Shown here: positions 1-10,387 of the stretch, piece after piece
Position numbering within the stretch: the stretch's first letter is position 1
Layout: each line of letters begins with the position of its first letter
Assembly (NCBI GenBank): GCA_023387985.1
Contig: JAEWHC010000005.1
Coordinates: forward strand, 519,008 to 583,007
Direction: 5' to 3'
Source of the DNA: Bacteroidota bacterium
Lineage (GTDB): Bacteria > Bacteroidota > Bacteroidia > Chitinophagales > Chitinophagaceae
Length of the DNA: 64,000 nucleotides
Program-made: the position numbers and the translations under genes
Notes under the pieces: generated by a model
Database searches by the model: none
What the model saw: only the letters and a program-made list of their open reading frames with translations
Told to the model about the DNA's origin: nothing

Positions 1-1
1 C

Positions 2-1138
2 ATGCACACTGCTGTAAAAATTGCCCCGGAATATGAAAATCATGTCGTTCACGTATTGGATGCGAGTCGCAGCGTGCAGGTGGCAAGCGCCCTGCTCAAC
101 AAACAAACAAAGGGAAGCTTCCTGAGCGAAACCACAGCCGCCTACCTTCAGCTAGCGGAACAATTCAAGGCAAAGCGCGGCAAGAAAAAGCTTATCCCCA
201 TTGAAACAGCCAGGAAAAGAAAAACGCCCATTGATTGGTCTGGTTTTGTAAAACACGACCCGGCATTCACCGGTGGACGAACCATCGATCCACCATCCTT
301 CAAGGATTTAAAGAACTTCATCGATTGGAAGCCGTTTTTCATTGCATGGGAAATGCACGGAAATTTTCCGGCCATATTGGAAGATGAAGTTATAGGCGAG
401 GCAGCTACAAAACTTTATGAAGATGCCAATGACATGCTGGATTTGATTGAAAGTGAAAAATGGCTTGAATTGCGTGCACGCATCGGGTTCTGGCCCGCCA
501 AAGCGGAAGAAGATGACGTGTTGATTCAGGTCAACGCCCAGGAAACCCGGCTTTGTTTTCTCCGGCAACAGGCTGATAAAGCAGCTACGCTTCCCAGTTA
601 TTGTTTGGCTGATTTTATCAATCCAAATGGAAATGACTATATCGGCGCGTTTGCGGTAAGTGTTCGCGGCGTGGAAGAAAAGGTGCTGGAATTTTTGCAA
701 CAGCATGATGATTACAACCGCATTTTACTGCAATCCCTTGGAGATCGGTTGGTTGAAGGAACGGCGGAGTGGTTGCATGCGCAGGTACGCCAGGTTCATT
801 GGGGATATAATTCGGGCGAGCAATTGTCCAATGAAGATTTGATCCGTGAACAATACCAGGGGATCCGTCCGGCACCGGGGTATCCGGCTTGTCCCGACCA
901 TACCGAAAAATATAAGTTGTTCAATATGCTGGACCCTGAAGGTGAAACCGGAATTGTTCTTACTGAAAATCTGGCGATGGCGCCGGCATCTTCCATTTGT
1001 GGTTGGTATTTCAGCCATCCGCAGAGCAAATACTTTGGCATCGGGCAAATTGACCGCGATCAATTGGAAGATTATGCTACGCGCAAAAATGAACCACTGG
1101 AGGTGGTTGAAAAATGGCTGAAACCGAATTTGGAGTAA
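2..1138 (+). CDS. metH: Cobalamin-dependent methionine synthase, C-terminal part (5' truncated by window edge)
   Basis: HTAVKIAP, DASR, RPAPGYPACPDH and FSHPQSKYF motifs of the B12-binding and reactivation domains. Confidence 0.95.
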   Translation: MHTAVKIAPEYENHVVHVLDASRSVQVASALLNKQTKGSFLSETTAAYLQLAEQFKAKRGKKKLIPIETARKRKTPIDWSGFVKHDPAFTGGRTIDPPSFKDLKNFIDWKPFFIAWEMHGNFPAILEDEVIGEAATKLYEDANDMLDLIESEKWLELRARIGFWPAKAEEDDVLIQVNAQETRLCFLRQQADKAATLPSYCLADFINPNGNDYIGAFAVSVRGVEEKVLEFLQQHDDYNRILLQSLGDRLVEGTAEWLHAQVRQVHWGYNSGEQLSNEDLIREQYQGIRPAPGYPACPDHTEKYKLFNMLDPEGETGIVLTENLAMAPASSICGWYFSHPQSKYFGIGQIDRDQLEDYATRKNEPLEVVEKWLKPNLE

Positions 1139-1225
1139 GATATATAAGATTGTGCAGGTATATCACCACGAACTGCTCCAGGTCAGAAGAATTAATTTTT
1201 ACTGTCAGCTAAAAACCTAATACCA

Positions 1226-1645
1226 ATGAAAAAAATTAATCGTAAAAATTTCCTGGCAGTTGCTGCGTTGTCATCTGCTTCATTGGCAGCTTGCGGCATG
1301 TCCAAAAACCATTTCAACAATTATTCCGGAACCGGATCGCAAATTAGCCATCATGTTTTTTTCTGGCTGAAGCATCCTGGGTCGCAGGAGGACCGGGACA
1401 AACTGATTTCCGGATTACGGACTTTGAAGCAAATAGAAGTAGTGAAGGAAATCCGGATTGGCATTCCTGCATCCACAGAGGATCGTCATGTAATTGACAA
1501 CAGTTACGGTGTATCCGAATTATTGTTTTTTAAAGATCTGAAAGACCAAAAGATTTACCAGGATCATCCGGTTCACCAAAAATTCGTTGATGATTGCAGC
1601 CATTTATGGAGTAAGGTTGTGGTTTATGATGTGGAAATGGTTTAG
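1226..1645 (+). CDS. Dabb (stress-responsive A/B barrel) family protein with Tat-like/lipoprotein signal
   Basis: HHVFFWLK and YQDHPVH motifs; N-terminal NRKNFL plus LAAC. Confidence 0.8.
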   Translation: MKKINRKNFLAVAALSSASLAACGMSKNHFNNYSGTGSQISHHVFFWLKHPGSQEDRDKLISGLRTLKQIEVVKEIRIGIPASTEDRHVIDNSYGVSELLFFKDLKDQKIYQDHPVHQKFVDDCSHLWSKVVVYDVEMV

Positions 1646-1799
1646 ATAGTGAGCTAAATGCATCCCTAAGCTTGTTGAAGGGTGAATTTTGGCTGTGAAC
1701 ATTTCCAGAGCCTCAATGACAAAACTCCGCCCACCAAATGGTTGTTAAGCTATTTTTGCCTTTTGAATGTTGAATTCAGAATTTTGCGATTTACATCCT

Positions 1800-2531
1800 A
1801 TGAAAATAATTGCAGCAATACCGGCACGTTATGCAGCCACGAGATTTCCGGGAAAACTGATGCAACTGCTTGCAGGAAAACCTGTGATTGTACATACCTG
1901 GGAAAATGCAAAAGCTACCGGTTTGTTTGATGAAGTCCTGGTAATAACCGACAACGAGGACATCTTCAATGAAATGCAGAGCAGAGGCGCCCTGGTGGAA
2001 ATGAGCCGGAAATCCCATGAAAGTGGAAGCGACAGGATTGCAGAAGCCATTTCAGATATGGATCTGGATGTGGTAGTGAATATCCAGGGAGATGAACCAT
2101 TGATAGATACTGAGTCCATTCAAAAACTGACTGCTGTTTTCTTAAAAGATAAAAATCAGGAAGTACAGGTCGCCAGCCTGATGCAATTCATTACAGAAGA
2201 GGTGGATATCACCAATCCAAACATAGTGAAAGTTGTTACTGGTCTAAATGGGGACGCCATTTATTTCAGCCGCTCCCCCATCCCTTTCCACCGCGACATG
2301 GATTTGGAAGCAATATATTACCGCCATATCGGTGTTTATGCCTATCGGAAACAAATGCTTCTCCAATTTACGAAATGGCCGCAAACCACCCTGGAAAAAC
2401 TGGAAAAGCTGGAACAATTGCGTTTGGTGGAAAACGGAATACCCATCCGGATGGTAGAAGTGAATTCGAGGGGTATTGGGATAGATACGCCGGAGGATTT
2501 GGAGAAGGCCCGGCGGTTGTTTGGAGAATAA
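1800..2531 (+). CDS. kdsB: 3-deoxy-manno-octulosonate cytidylyltransferase
   Basis: IPARYAATRFPGK, QGDEP, YFSR, HIGVYAY, EKLEQLR; ATG at 1800. Confidence 0.95.
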   Translation: MKIIAAIPARYAATRFPGKLMQLLAGKPVIVHTWENAKATGLFDEVLVITDNEDIFNEMQSRGALVEMSRKSHESGSDRIAEAISDMDLDVVVNIQGDEPLIDTESIQKLTAVFLKDKNQEVQVASLMQFITEEVDITNPNIVKVVTGLNGDAIYFSRSPIPFHRDMDLEAIYYRHIGVYAYRKQMLLQFTKWPQTTLEKLEKLEQLRLVENGIPIRMVEVNSRGIGIDTPEDLEKARRLFGE

Positions 2532-2682
2532 CCAATACTTTTCTACGCACCGGGAAAGGATTTTACCTGCCTTACATCCATCTGTTGACAGCATTTCGTA
2601 AAAACAAGCCATGCCTTGCCTCCACCTGTCATTTGCCGGATCACAATTGTTTTTCAAAGCCACCAAGAATCACTCCAACACC

Positions 2683-2725
2683 TGACCGAAGTCATTGAAT
2701 GAAAAAGCATATTGGATCAACTTTG
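2683..2725 (+). promoter_or_regulatory. Putative Crp/Fnr-type palindrome plus -7-like box upstream of fhs
   Basis: TGAC-CGAA-GTCA at 2683-2694; CAACTTTG at 2718-2725. Confidence 0.4.
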
Positions 2726-2747
2726 AGTTTCATTAAATGCTTGCATC

Positions 2748-4430
2748 ATGACCATGAATGTTCCATCCGATCTGACCATCGCCCAATCCGCTAAAATCCG
2801 TCATATTAAAGAAATTGGCGCCCGTTTGGGCATCGATGCGGATGATCTTGAATATTATGGAAAATACAAGGCCAAACTGCCTTTGCGTTTAATCGACCGC
2901 GAAAAAGGGTCAAAAAGCCACCTGGTATTGGTAACTGCCATTACACCCACACCCTATGGCGAAGGAAAAACCACAATGGCCGTAGGACTTGTGGATGGCA
3001 TGAACCTGATTGGCAAGAATACCATTGCTGTTTTACGTGAACCCAGTCTTGGACCGGTATTCGGCATCAAGGGTGGCGCGGCAGGCGGTGGCTATGCACA
3101 GGTAATTCCCATGGAAGACATCAACCTGCATTTTACAGGTGATTTCGGCGCTATTGAGAAAGCCAATAACCTGCTTTCTGCGATGATTGACAACAACATT
3201 CAAAGCAAGACCAATAACCTGGGCATTGATGGCCGTACGGTGGTATGGAAGCGGGTGATGGATATGAACGACCGGGCATTGCGCAGCATTGTGGTAGGCC
3301 TGGGGGGCGCTTCAAATGGCGTTCCAAGGGAAGATGGCTTTAATATTACTCCGGCTTCCGAAATTATGGCCATCCTTGGATTGAGTGAAAGCATTGCTGA
3401 CTTAAAAGAAAGATTGGGCAATATCCTCGTGGGCTTCACTTTTGGCGGCGATCCCGTATATGCCCGTGACCTGAAAGCAACGGGTGCCATGGCTGCATTG
3501 CTCAAAACAGCCATAAAACCAAACCTGGTGCAAACACTTGAAGGAAATCCTGCCATCTTGCACAGTGGGCCATTTGCCAACATTGCCCAGGGAACGAATT
3601 CCATATTGGCAACGCGCATGGGCCTGACCTTTGGCGATTATGTAATTACCGAAGCGGGTTTTGCCGCAGATCTTGGAGCTGAGAAATTCTTTGATATTAA
3701 ATGCCAGACAGCCGGCTTTAAACCGGAAGCTGCTGTACTGGTGGCGACCATTAAAGCATTGCGCCACCATGGCGGAGCAAAAAAATCCGAGCTTCAAACC
3801 CCTGATCCTGAAAAGCTATCGAAAGGGCTTCCAAATCTCGGGAAGCATATTGAAAATATCCGGCAATTCGGCATCAATCCAATTGTATGCATTAACTGGA
3901 CGCCGACCGATTCAGATGAAGAAATTGAATTGATCCAGGATTACTGCCGGGAAATGGAGGCCGAATGTGTGGTGAGCAGGTCTTTTGTGGAAGGCGGAAA
4001 GGGCTCTATCGAACTGGCAGAGGCCGTTGTCCGTTCAGTTGAAGGTGGTAGCAATCATTTCCAACCTTTGTATGACTGGAAAAGCCCGATTGAAGAAAAG
4101 ATCCATAAAATCGCGACACATATATATGGTGCCGATAAAGTGGAATACAGTGTAAAAGCCAAGAACAACCTCAAAACCATCAAGGCACTGGGCATGGAAA
4201 ATATGCCGGTGTGCATGGCCAAAACGCCAAAAAGCCTGAGTGATGACGAACGAAAACTTGGACGTCCTACCGGATTTACCGTAACGGTACGTGAATTTGA
4301 ATATGCAAGAGGAGCCGGTTTTGTGATCCCGATCCTGGGCGATATTATGCGAATGCCCGGCTTACCTTCTGTACCCGCAGCGGAAAATATAGACATGGAT
4401 GATGATGGGAGAATTACCGGATTGTTTTAA
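2748..4430 (+). CDS. fhs: Formate--tetrahydrofolate ligase
   Basis: TPYGEGKTT, GIKGGAAGGGYAQV, GPFANIA, TEAGF, MPGLP. Confidence 0.97.
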   Translation: MTMNVPSDLTIAQSAKIRHIKEIGARLGIDADDLEYYGKYKAKLPLRLIDREKGSKSHLVLVTAITPTPYGEGKTTMAVGLVDGMNLIGKNTIAVLREPSLGPVFGIKGGAAGGGYAQVIPMEDINLHFTGDFGAIEKANNLLSAMIDNNIQSKTNNLGIDGRTVVWKRVMDMNDRALRSIVVGLGGASNGVPREDGFNITPASEIMAILGLSESIADLKERLGNILVGFTFGGDPVYARDLKATGAMAALLKTAIKPNLVQTLEGNPAILHSGPFANIAQGTNSILATRMGLTFGDYVITEAGFAADLGAEKFFDIKCQTAGFKPEAAVLVATIKALRHHGGAKKSELQTPDPEKLSKGLPNLGKHIENIRQFGINPIVCINWTPTDSDEEIELIQDYCREMEAECVVSRSFVEGGKGSIELAEAVVRSVEGGSNHFQPLYDWKSPIEEKIHKIATHIYGADKVEYSVKAKNNLKTIKALGMENMPVCMAKTPKSLSDDERKLGRPTGFTVTVREFEYARGAGFVIPILGDIMRMPGLPSVPAAENIDMDDDGRITGLF

Positions 4431-4474
4431 TCCGGTATTTAAGCCATTAAGAGATTCCTAATAAGTGCTTTGCA

Positions 4475-4506
4475 TTTGAATAAATTATTCTGCAATCCTA
4501 CCTTTG
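4475..4506 (+). promoter_or_regulatory. Bacteroidota housekeeping promoter (-33/-7) of guaB
   Basis: TTTG (4475-4478), 20-nt spacer, TACCTTTG (4499-4506). Confidence 0.7.
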
Positions 4507-4509
4507 CAC

Positions 4510-6003
4510 ATGGCAAAGAAAAATTCTACATTTCCCGACATTTCCACGAAATTTTTTGGCGAAGGCCTCACATTCGATGATGTTTTGCTGGTTCCGGCAT
4601 TAAGCCAGGTGCTGCCCCGTGAGGTGGATATCCGTACAAAGCTTACGCGGAATATTGACATCAATATTCCCATATTGAGTGCAGCAATGGATACAGTAAC
4701 CGAATGGCAGCTTGCTATAGCCCTGGCAAGGGAAGGCGGCATCGGCATTTTACATAAGAACATGACCATCGAGCAGCAGGTGGAGCAGGTGCGCAAGGTT
4801 AAACGAAGCGAAAGCGGACTAATCATCGATCCCATCACGCTGCCTGAAGATGCGACTATTGGAGATGCCCTGAAGCTGATGCAGGAAAATAAGATAGGCG
4901 GAATTCCGATTGTAAACAATGCCAATAAGCTTGTAGGCATTCTCACCAACAGAGATTTGCGGTTTGAGGACAATCCCCGCAAAAAAGTGACGGAAGCTAT
5001 GACCCGTGAGAACCTGATCACGGCTCCTACAGGTACCGACCTGGTGATGGCGCGAAAGATCCTGAGCCAGTATAAAGTAGAAAAATTACCGGTGGTAAAA
5101 AAAGACGGTACCCTTGTCGGGCTGATCACTTACCGGGATATTCAGAAAGTTCAGAATCATCCCTTTGCCAATAAAGATGAATTTGGACGACTGCGCGTTG
5201 GCGCCGCACTGGGCATTACCGCTGACCTTATGGAGCGTGCCGATACCGTAGAAAAAATGGGGGTAGATGTAGTGACCCTCGACAGTGCACATGGCCATAG
5301 CCAGGGCGTACTGGACAGCATTAGGATGCTCCGCAAAAACTTCAGGAATCTCCAGATCATTGCGGGCAATGTGGGCACTGCACAAGGCGCTAAAGCGGTG
5401 GCGGAGGCCGGCGCTGATGCCGTAAAGGTTGGCATTGGTCCGGGTTCTATTTGCACAACGCGTATCGTTGCCGGAGCGGGTGTTCCCCAGATCACCGCTA
5501 TCATGGAAGCCGCCTCCGTACTGAAACCCATGGGAATCCCCGTAATTGGAGATGGTGGCATCCGCTATACCGGAGATATGGTAAAAGCCCTGGCTGCCGG
5601 CGCAGATACCGTAATGATGGGAAGTACATTTGCCGGAACCGAGGAAAGTCCGGGTGAAACCATAATTTATGAAGGTCGTAAGTTTAAGCAATACCGTGGT
5701 ATGGGCAGCATCAGCGCCATGCAAAAAGGCAGCAGCGACCGCTATTTCCAGGATGTTGAAGATGGCTTGAAAAAACTGGTTCCGGAGGGAATTGAAGGTC
5801 GGGTTCCATTTAAAGGGAATTTGAGTGAAGTGATTCATCAATTTACCGGTGGCCTGCGTGCCGGAATGGGTTACTGTGGAGCAGTTGATATTGAAGCTTT
5901 GCAAAAAGATTCAAGGTTTGTGCGCATAACCAATGCCGGTATCCGTGAAAGCCATCCGCATAATATTGAAATAACCCGCGAAGCGCCGAACTACAGCCGG
6001 TAA
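4510..6003 (+). CDS. guaB: IMP dehydrogenase
   Basis: [11 protein letters not shown] pair, [11 protein letters not shown] catalytic motif, YRGMGS, VPEGIEG. Confidence 0.98.
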   Translation: MAKKNSTFPDISTKFFGEGLTFDDVLLVPALSQVLPREVDIRTKLTRNIDINIPILSAAMDTVTEWQLAIALAREGGIGILHKNMTIEQQVEQVRKVKRSESGLIIDPITLPEDATIGDALKLMQENKIGGIPIVNNANKLVGILTNRDLRFEDNPRKKVTEAMTRENLITAPTGTDLVMARKILSQYKVEKLPVVKKDGTLVGLITYRDIQKVQNHPFANKDEFGRLRVGAALGITADLMERADTVEKMGVDVVTLDSAHGHSQGVLDSIRMLRKNFRNLQIIAGNVGTAQGAKAVAEAGADAVKVGIGPGSICTTRIVAGAGVPQITAIMEAASVLKPMGIPVIGDGGIRYTGDMVKALAAGADTVMMGSTFAGTEESPGETIIYEGRKFKQYRGMGSISAMQKGSSDRYFQDVEDGLKKLVPEGIEGRVPFKGNLSEVIHQFTGGLRAGMGYCGAVDIEALQKDSRFVRITNAGIRESHPHNIEITREAPNYSR

Positions 6004-6040
6004 CCGGATGCCTGCGCTTTGCATAAATAAAATGCCTGAA

Positions 6041-6658
6041 ATGAAAATATTGCTGGTCAGTGCCACCCAAAAAGAAATCCATAGCTACTTGCTTAGCGGT
6101 CCGAAACATGATGTGCTCATAACCGGCCTGGGTATAGGACAAGCCAGTTTTGAGCTCACACGTAAACTTACGCATAACCGCTATGACCTGGTCTTACAGG
6201 CTGGCATTGCCGGAAGCTACGGCTATTACAATATGGGCGATGTGGTAGCAGTAAACAAAGATGCATTCGGGGACATTGGTGCCTATCAGCATGAAGCTTT
6301 CCTAAGCCTCCAGGAAATGGGATTTGTGAACAATCATCTATGGATAGAAAACCGACACCCGGTTTTAGATAAGATTGAACTGCCTGTGGTAAGCGCCATT
6401 ACCACCAATACCGTTACAGATGATTACAAGTTTAACCAGGCCTTGAAGAAATACTGGAATGCGGATATAGAAAGTATGGAAGGCGCCGCATTGCATAATG
6501 TTTGCGAAAAGCTGAATCAGCCGTATTTGCAGATCCGTTCCATCAGCAATCTGGTAGGCGAACGAAATAAAAGCCGCTGGAAAATGCAGGAAGCAGTTGA
6601 AAACCTGAACAATGCCATCCCTACCGTACTGGCGAAATTCCAATCTTATGCTCAATGA
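6041..6658 (+). CDS. mqnB: Futalosine hydrolase (PNP/MTAN fold)
   Basis: ITGLG, QAGIAG, ESMEGAA, IRSISN.VGER; overlaps mqnD start; start could also be 6032 or 6008. Confidence 0.85.
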   Translation: MKILLVSATQKEIHSYLLSGPKHDVLITGLGIGQASFELTRKLTHNRYDLVLQAGIAGSYGYYNMGDVVAVNKDAFGDIGAYQHEAFLSLQEMGFVNNHLWIENRHPVLDKIELPVVSAITTNTVTDDYKFNQALKKYWNADIESMEGAALHNVCEKLNQPYLQIRSISNLVGERNKSRWKMQEAVENLNNAIPTVLAKFQSYAQ

Positions 6659-7485
6659 AAAAGCTGACCCTGGGATTTTCCCCTTGCCCTAACGATACGT
6701 TCATATTTGATGCCCTGGTAAACGGCCGGTTAGATACAACAGGTTTTGAATTTGAACCCGTACTAGAAGATGTGCAAACATTGAATGAATGGGCCGCTGA
6801 AGGGAAGCTGGATATTTCAAAGATCAGTTACGGCGCATATGCCAGGTGGAGTCCGCATTACCATTTGCTTCGGTCCGGCGGGGCCATGGGATATGGTGTG
6901 GGGCCTTTGCTGATATCGGCAGAACCTATGGCTCCGGGCATTTCTCTGGAAGCGCTTGTAGAAAATTCGTTGGTTGCAATACCCGGAAAAGATACCACCG
7001 CGCATTTTTTGTTGAAGTCCGCTTTTCCAAATATCCTGCACAAGAAATTTATCCCCTTTGATGAAGTTGAAGATTTTGTACTGGAGAGAAAAGGACCCGG
7101 AGTAATTATTCATGAAAACCGTTTTACCTACCAGCAAAAGGGTTTACACAAACTGGCCGATTTGGGTGCAATTTGGGAGGAAAAAACCGGCAATCCCATC
7201 CCCCTTGGAGGGATCATTATCCGGAAAGATATAGACCGAAATATCGCGCACGTGGTGAACAGGCTGATTCATGAAAGCCTGCAATATTCCCGCAAACTTT
7301 ACCCGCAATTGAGTGATTATATAAAGAGGCATTCCCAGGAAATGAGTGAAAATGTAATGCGTAACCATATTGAACTCTATGTAAATGATTTTAGCCTGGA
7401 TATGGGAGAAAAAGGAAAAGCCGCCATTCAATTCATGATCGGTCAAATGGAAGAAGAAACCCCTGAACCGGTATTTATACAATAG
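6655..7485 (+). CDS. mqnD: 1,4-dihydroxy-6-naphthoate synthase
   Basis: GFSPCPNDTFIF, DVQTLN, IIHENRFTY, PIPLGG, HIELYVN. Confidence 0.93.
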   Translation: MKKLTLGFSPCPNDTFIFDALVNGRLDTTGFEFEPVLEDVQTLNEWAAEGKLDISKISYGAYARWSPHYHLLRSGGAMGYGVGPLLISAEPMAPGISLEALVENSLVAIPGKDTTAHFLLKSAFPNILHKKFIPFDEVEDFVLERKGPGVIIHENRFTYQQKGLHKLADLGAIWEEKTGNPIPLGGIIIRKDIDRNIAHVVNRLIHESLQYSRKLYPQLSDYIKRHSQEMSENVMRNHIELYVNDFSLDMGEKGKAAIQFMIGQMEEETPEPVFIQ

Positions 7486-7492
7486 GCAGGCA

Positions 7493-9157
7493 TTATTGCT
7501 TTTCTTCTGCCTTTACCCATTCAATGGAATAACCCGCATCATTTTCTGCGTTGTCGCCGAGAAAATGTACATAGGATAAACCATGTAAGGATCCGTTTTC
7601 AAGCGGAACACTCATCCGTAGTTTATTGTCAACAAATACAGAAGCCTCCCGCCCCCTGCTATTCAGGTCCAATTCAACGCGGATGATATGGGGGCTGGTA
7701 TCTTTTATTTTCAGGGCTTTGGCACTTAGCGGAATTTTGTATGGCGCGAAGTACCGTGCTACGGTGTCGGTAGGGTTAAACCAACGGTCGTTGAGCAGCA
7801 GCTCACCTTTTACCTGCACATCATGAAACTGTAAGGAAGCGGTAAAAGTGCCCCTTCGCAAGGCAGGAAAATTCCACACCGCACCGCGTTGGGAGGAAAG
7901 CAATGTATCCATTTTCTTATACTGGATTTTCAGGTTTCCATTTTCGATGGTGCATCCGGGCATACGGTTGTACCCGCAATGACCTGTAATGCCTTTGTAA
8001 TAATTGAAAACGCTCCACTGATTCAGGCTATCCGAAAAATCACAGAATCGCTCTTTTTCCAGCAACCAGTTTACATTGAACAAGATCATTTTACGGTGAA
8101 GCGGATGCTGCCCGAGGCTTACCAGAATTTCACCCGGACCCACTTCGACAAATTGACTTTGGTGCACACTTTTATCAATGCCGGGTGTAGTACCAAAATC
8201 AGCCGCATCGCGTCTTTCATCCAGGAACAATTCCCGGAAACCCCTCCAGGTTTTACCATCATCTGCAGAAATGGCCGCATGAATGGCATTCCGGTTTGTA
8301 AACACATCGTCCCAAACACCATTGGTGTTGTTTACTTCGGGTAATGGCGTGGTATTCGACCAAAGAAAAAGAAGCCTGCCATCGTTTAGCCTCCCGATGG
8401 TTGACATGGTTATGGTTCCATAAAACGGGGAAGGCGTGGATGCGCTCCATGTCAGGCCGCCGTCTGAAGAAAATGACTGATAATGATGATCCTGTGAAGT
8501 GCGGATCAGCATCCAAAGCCTGCCATCCTTCAACTCCACCACCGTTGGTTCGGCAGCGCCATGATTCCAACGGATACCGTTGTGAAACCCGCCGCCATTA
8601 TGGTCGGGTGTCGTTACAAGTGAAGAGCGTTGCCAGGAAAGGCCATCATCATCGGAGATAAAACTAAAACAGGCCCTTGGCAATCCCCGCTGCAACCCAT
8701 AATGGCCGGCTACCAATACACGTTTTCCATTATTTATAAAAACCGGAGGCTTAAGCATTATGGCCATGGTATCCGAAATCTTGATCATTTGCCGGTTTCC
8801 GTTAATTCCGCCTTCTGTTCTTATTGCAAATGTTCCCATACCCGGCGCTGCCATTAGCCTCAGGTATTCACCACTTAACGGGCTGCGCGTATCCGCAAAA
8901 GGGATTTCCCCTGGGATATTCACTTTGCGCCATGTCGTGCCTTTATCGGTACTTGATAAATAAAAACTCCCAGGTTCAGCCTGCTCACCGTAATTGTAAT
9001 GACGTATTTCACCGTTTTCCAGCAATGAGAGCCCGATATAGGCATCACTCGGGGGAATACCAATTACTTTCGGTGCCCAAATAGCTGTATCCTGCAAGGG
9101 CGCCCCGGTCAGTAAATGCGGCGAAAACAACAAGAAGCTGAAAAAGTATTTTTTCAT
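7493..9157 (-). CDS. Exported sialidase-like BNR/Asp-box beta-propeller protein
   Basis: Signal peptide; Asp-boxes STDKGTTW, SDDDGLSW, SSDGGLTW, SADDGKTW; EPTVVELKDG. Confidence 0.75.
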   Translation of the reverse strand: MKKYFFSFLLFSPHLLTGAPLQDTAIWAPKVIGIPPSDAYIGLSLLENGEIRHYNYGEQAEPGSFYLSSTDKGTTWRKVNIPGEIPFADTRSPLSGEYLRLMAAPGMGTFAIRTEGGINGNRQMIKISDTMAIMLKPPVFINNGKRVLVAGHYGLQRGLPRACFSFISDDDGLSWQRSSLVTTPDHNGGGFHNGIRWNHGAAEPTVVELKDGRLWMLIRTSQDHHYQSFSSDGGLTWSASTPSPFYGTITMSTIGRLNDGRLLFLWSNTTPLPEVNNTNGVWDDVFTNRNAIHAAISADDGKTWRGFRELFLDERRDAADFGTTPGIDKSVHQSQFVEVGPGEILVSLGQHPLHRKMILFNVNWLLEKERFCDFSDSLNQWSVFNYYKGITGHCGYNRMPGCTIENGNLKIQYKKMDTLLSSQRGAVWNFPALRRGTFTASLQFHDVQVKGELLLNDRWFNPTDTVARYFAPYKIPLSAKALKIKDTSPHIIRVELDLNSRGREASVFVDNKLRMSVPLENGSLHGLSYVHFLGDNAENDAGYSIEWVKAEEKQ

Positions 9158-9269
9158 AAAGGCGTGAATACCCTTTTTTTGGAGACTTAACGATATCCGT
9201 TCAAATATAAAAAAAATGGCATCAACTCCGGAACCATGTTCCGGCTGCGCAGTTGTTGAGATTTCAGCC

Positions 9270-9587
9270 CTATATTTTTACCGCGGTACCGCTTGCCACC
9301 ACCATCAGCATACTTCCGCCCTGGCCTACGGTTTCAAAATCAAGGTCGATGCCCACAATTGCGTTTGCACCCAATGCCCGGGCTTTATCCTGAAGTTCGC
9401 CAAGCGCGACTGTTTTTGCTTCATTGATCACTTCTTCGTATGAACCGCTTCGTCCACCGACAATATCGCGTATGCCGGCAAAAAGATCACGGACAATATT
9501 TGCGCCAATAATGGTTTCCGCGGTAACCAAGCCAAGATAGCTTTGGATAGGTTTCCCCTCGAAGCCGGGAGTGGTAGTCATTTCCAT
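9270..9587 (-). CDS. YbjQ/UPF0145 family protein
   Basis: [35 protein letters not shown]. Confidence 0.9.
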   Translation of the reverse strand: MEMTTTPGFEGKPIQSYLGLVTAETIIGANIVRDLFAGIRDIVGGRSGSYEEVINEAKTVALGELQDKARALGANAIVGIDLDFETVGQGGSMLMVVASGTAVKI

Positions 9588-9702
9588 AATCAGGTTTTGT
9601 TCAAATTTATTTGATCCTGCACACGTCACGACCCATTCCTTTACAGGAGGTCAAAAAAAGTTTGGAATGGAAAATCTATCGTATACAAAGAACCGGCAGT
9701 GT

Positions 9703-10359
9703 CTAATCAAGAACCATTTCCGGAATTTCACCTTCAACAATCAGTGTACCGGCAGTTTTGGCTTTCACTTCGTCGACAGTTACACCGGGGGCCAATTCGC
9801 GAAGCTCAAATCCGCGATCCGTTATTTCCAGCATGCACAATTCTGTAACAATTTTCTTTATGCATTTTATTCCCGTCAGTGGAAGTGTACACCTGGGCAA
9901 CAACTTACTTTCCCCTAGTTTATTGGTATGTTGCATAGCTACGATGATATTTCTTGCACTCGCAACAAGGTCCATTGCACCCCCCATTCCCTTCACCATT
10001 TTGCCGGGTATTTTCCAGCTTGCAATATCGCCGTTCTCAGCCACCTCCATAGCACCCAGCACAGTAAGATCTACTTTTCCCGCACGGATCATTCCGAAAC
10101 TCATGGCACTGTCGAAAAATGATGAACCTGGCACCGTTGTTATGGTCTGTTTGCCGGCATTAATCAGATCGGCATCCTCATCTCCTTCCAAAGGAAAGGG
10201 ACCCATGCCCAGGAGGCCATTTTCGCTTTGGAGAACAACCTGCATTCCTTCCGGAATGTAATTGGCCACAAGCGTGGGTATCCCGATACCGAGATTGACA
10301 TACATGCCATCCTGCAATTCTTTTGCAATGCGTTTGGCGATTTGATTTTTATCAAGCAT
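9703..10359 (-). CDS. scoB: 3-oxoacid CoA-transferase subunit B
   Basis: VNLGIGIPT, QSENG active-site motif, GMGGAMDLV. Confidence 0.93.
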   Translation of the reverse strand: MLDKNQIAKRIAKELQDGMYVNLGIGIPTLVANYIPEGMQVVLQSENGLLGMGPFPLEGDEDADLINAGKQTITTVPGSSFFDSAMSFGMIRAGKVDLTVLGAMEVAENGDIASWKIPGKMVKGMGGAMDLVASARNIIVAMQHTNKLGESKLLPRCTLPLTGIKCIKKIVTELCMLEITDRGFELRELAPGVTVDEVKAKTAGTLIVEGEIPEMVLD

Positions 10360-10387
10360 AATACAACCGTTTGTTGAGGGAGAAATC

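Noticed and set aside
2532..2747. Possible ZTP or THF riboswitch upstream of fhs
   Set aside because: Conserved aptamer elements not recognisable by eye; an Infernal/Rfam scan would be decisive.
4485..5904. Long minus-strand ORFs (214 and 272 aa) inside guaB
   Set aside because: Antisense shadows of a conserved gene with no recognisable features.
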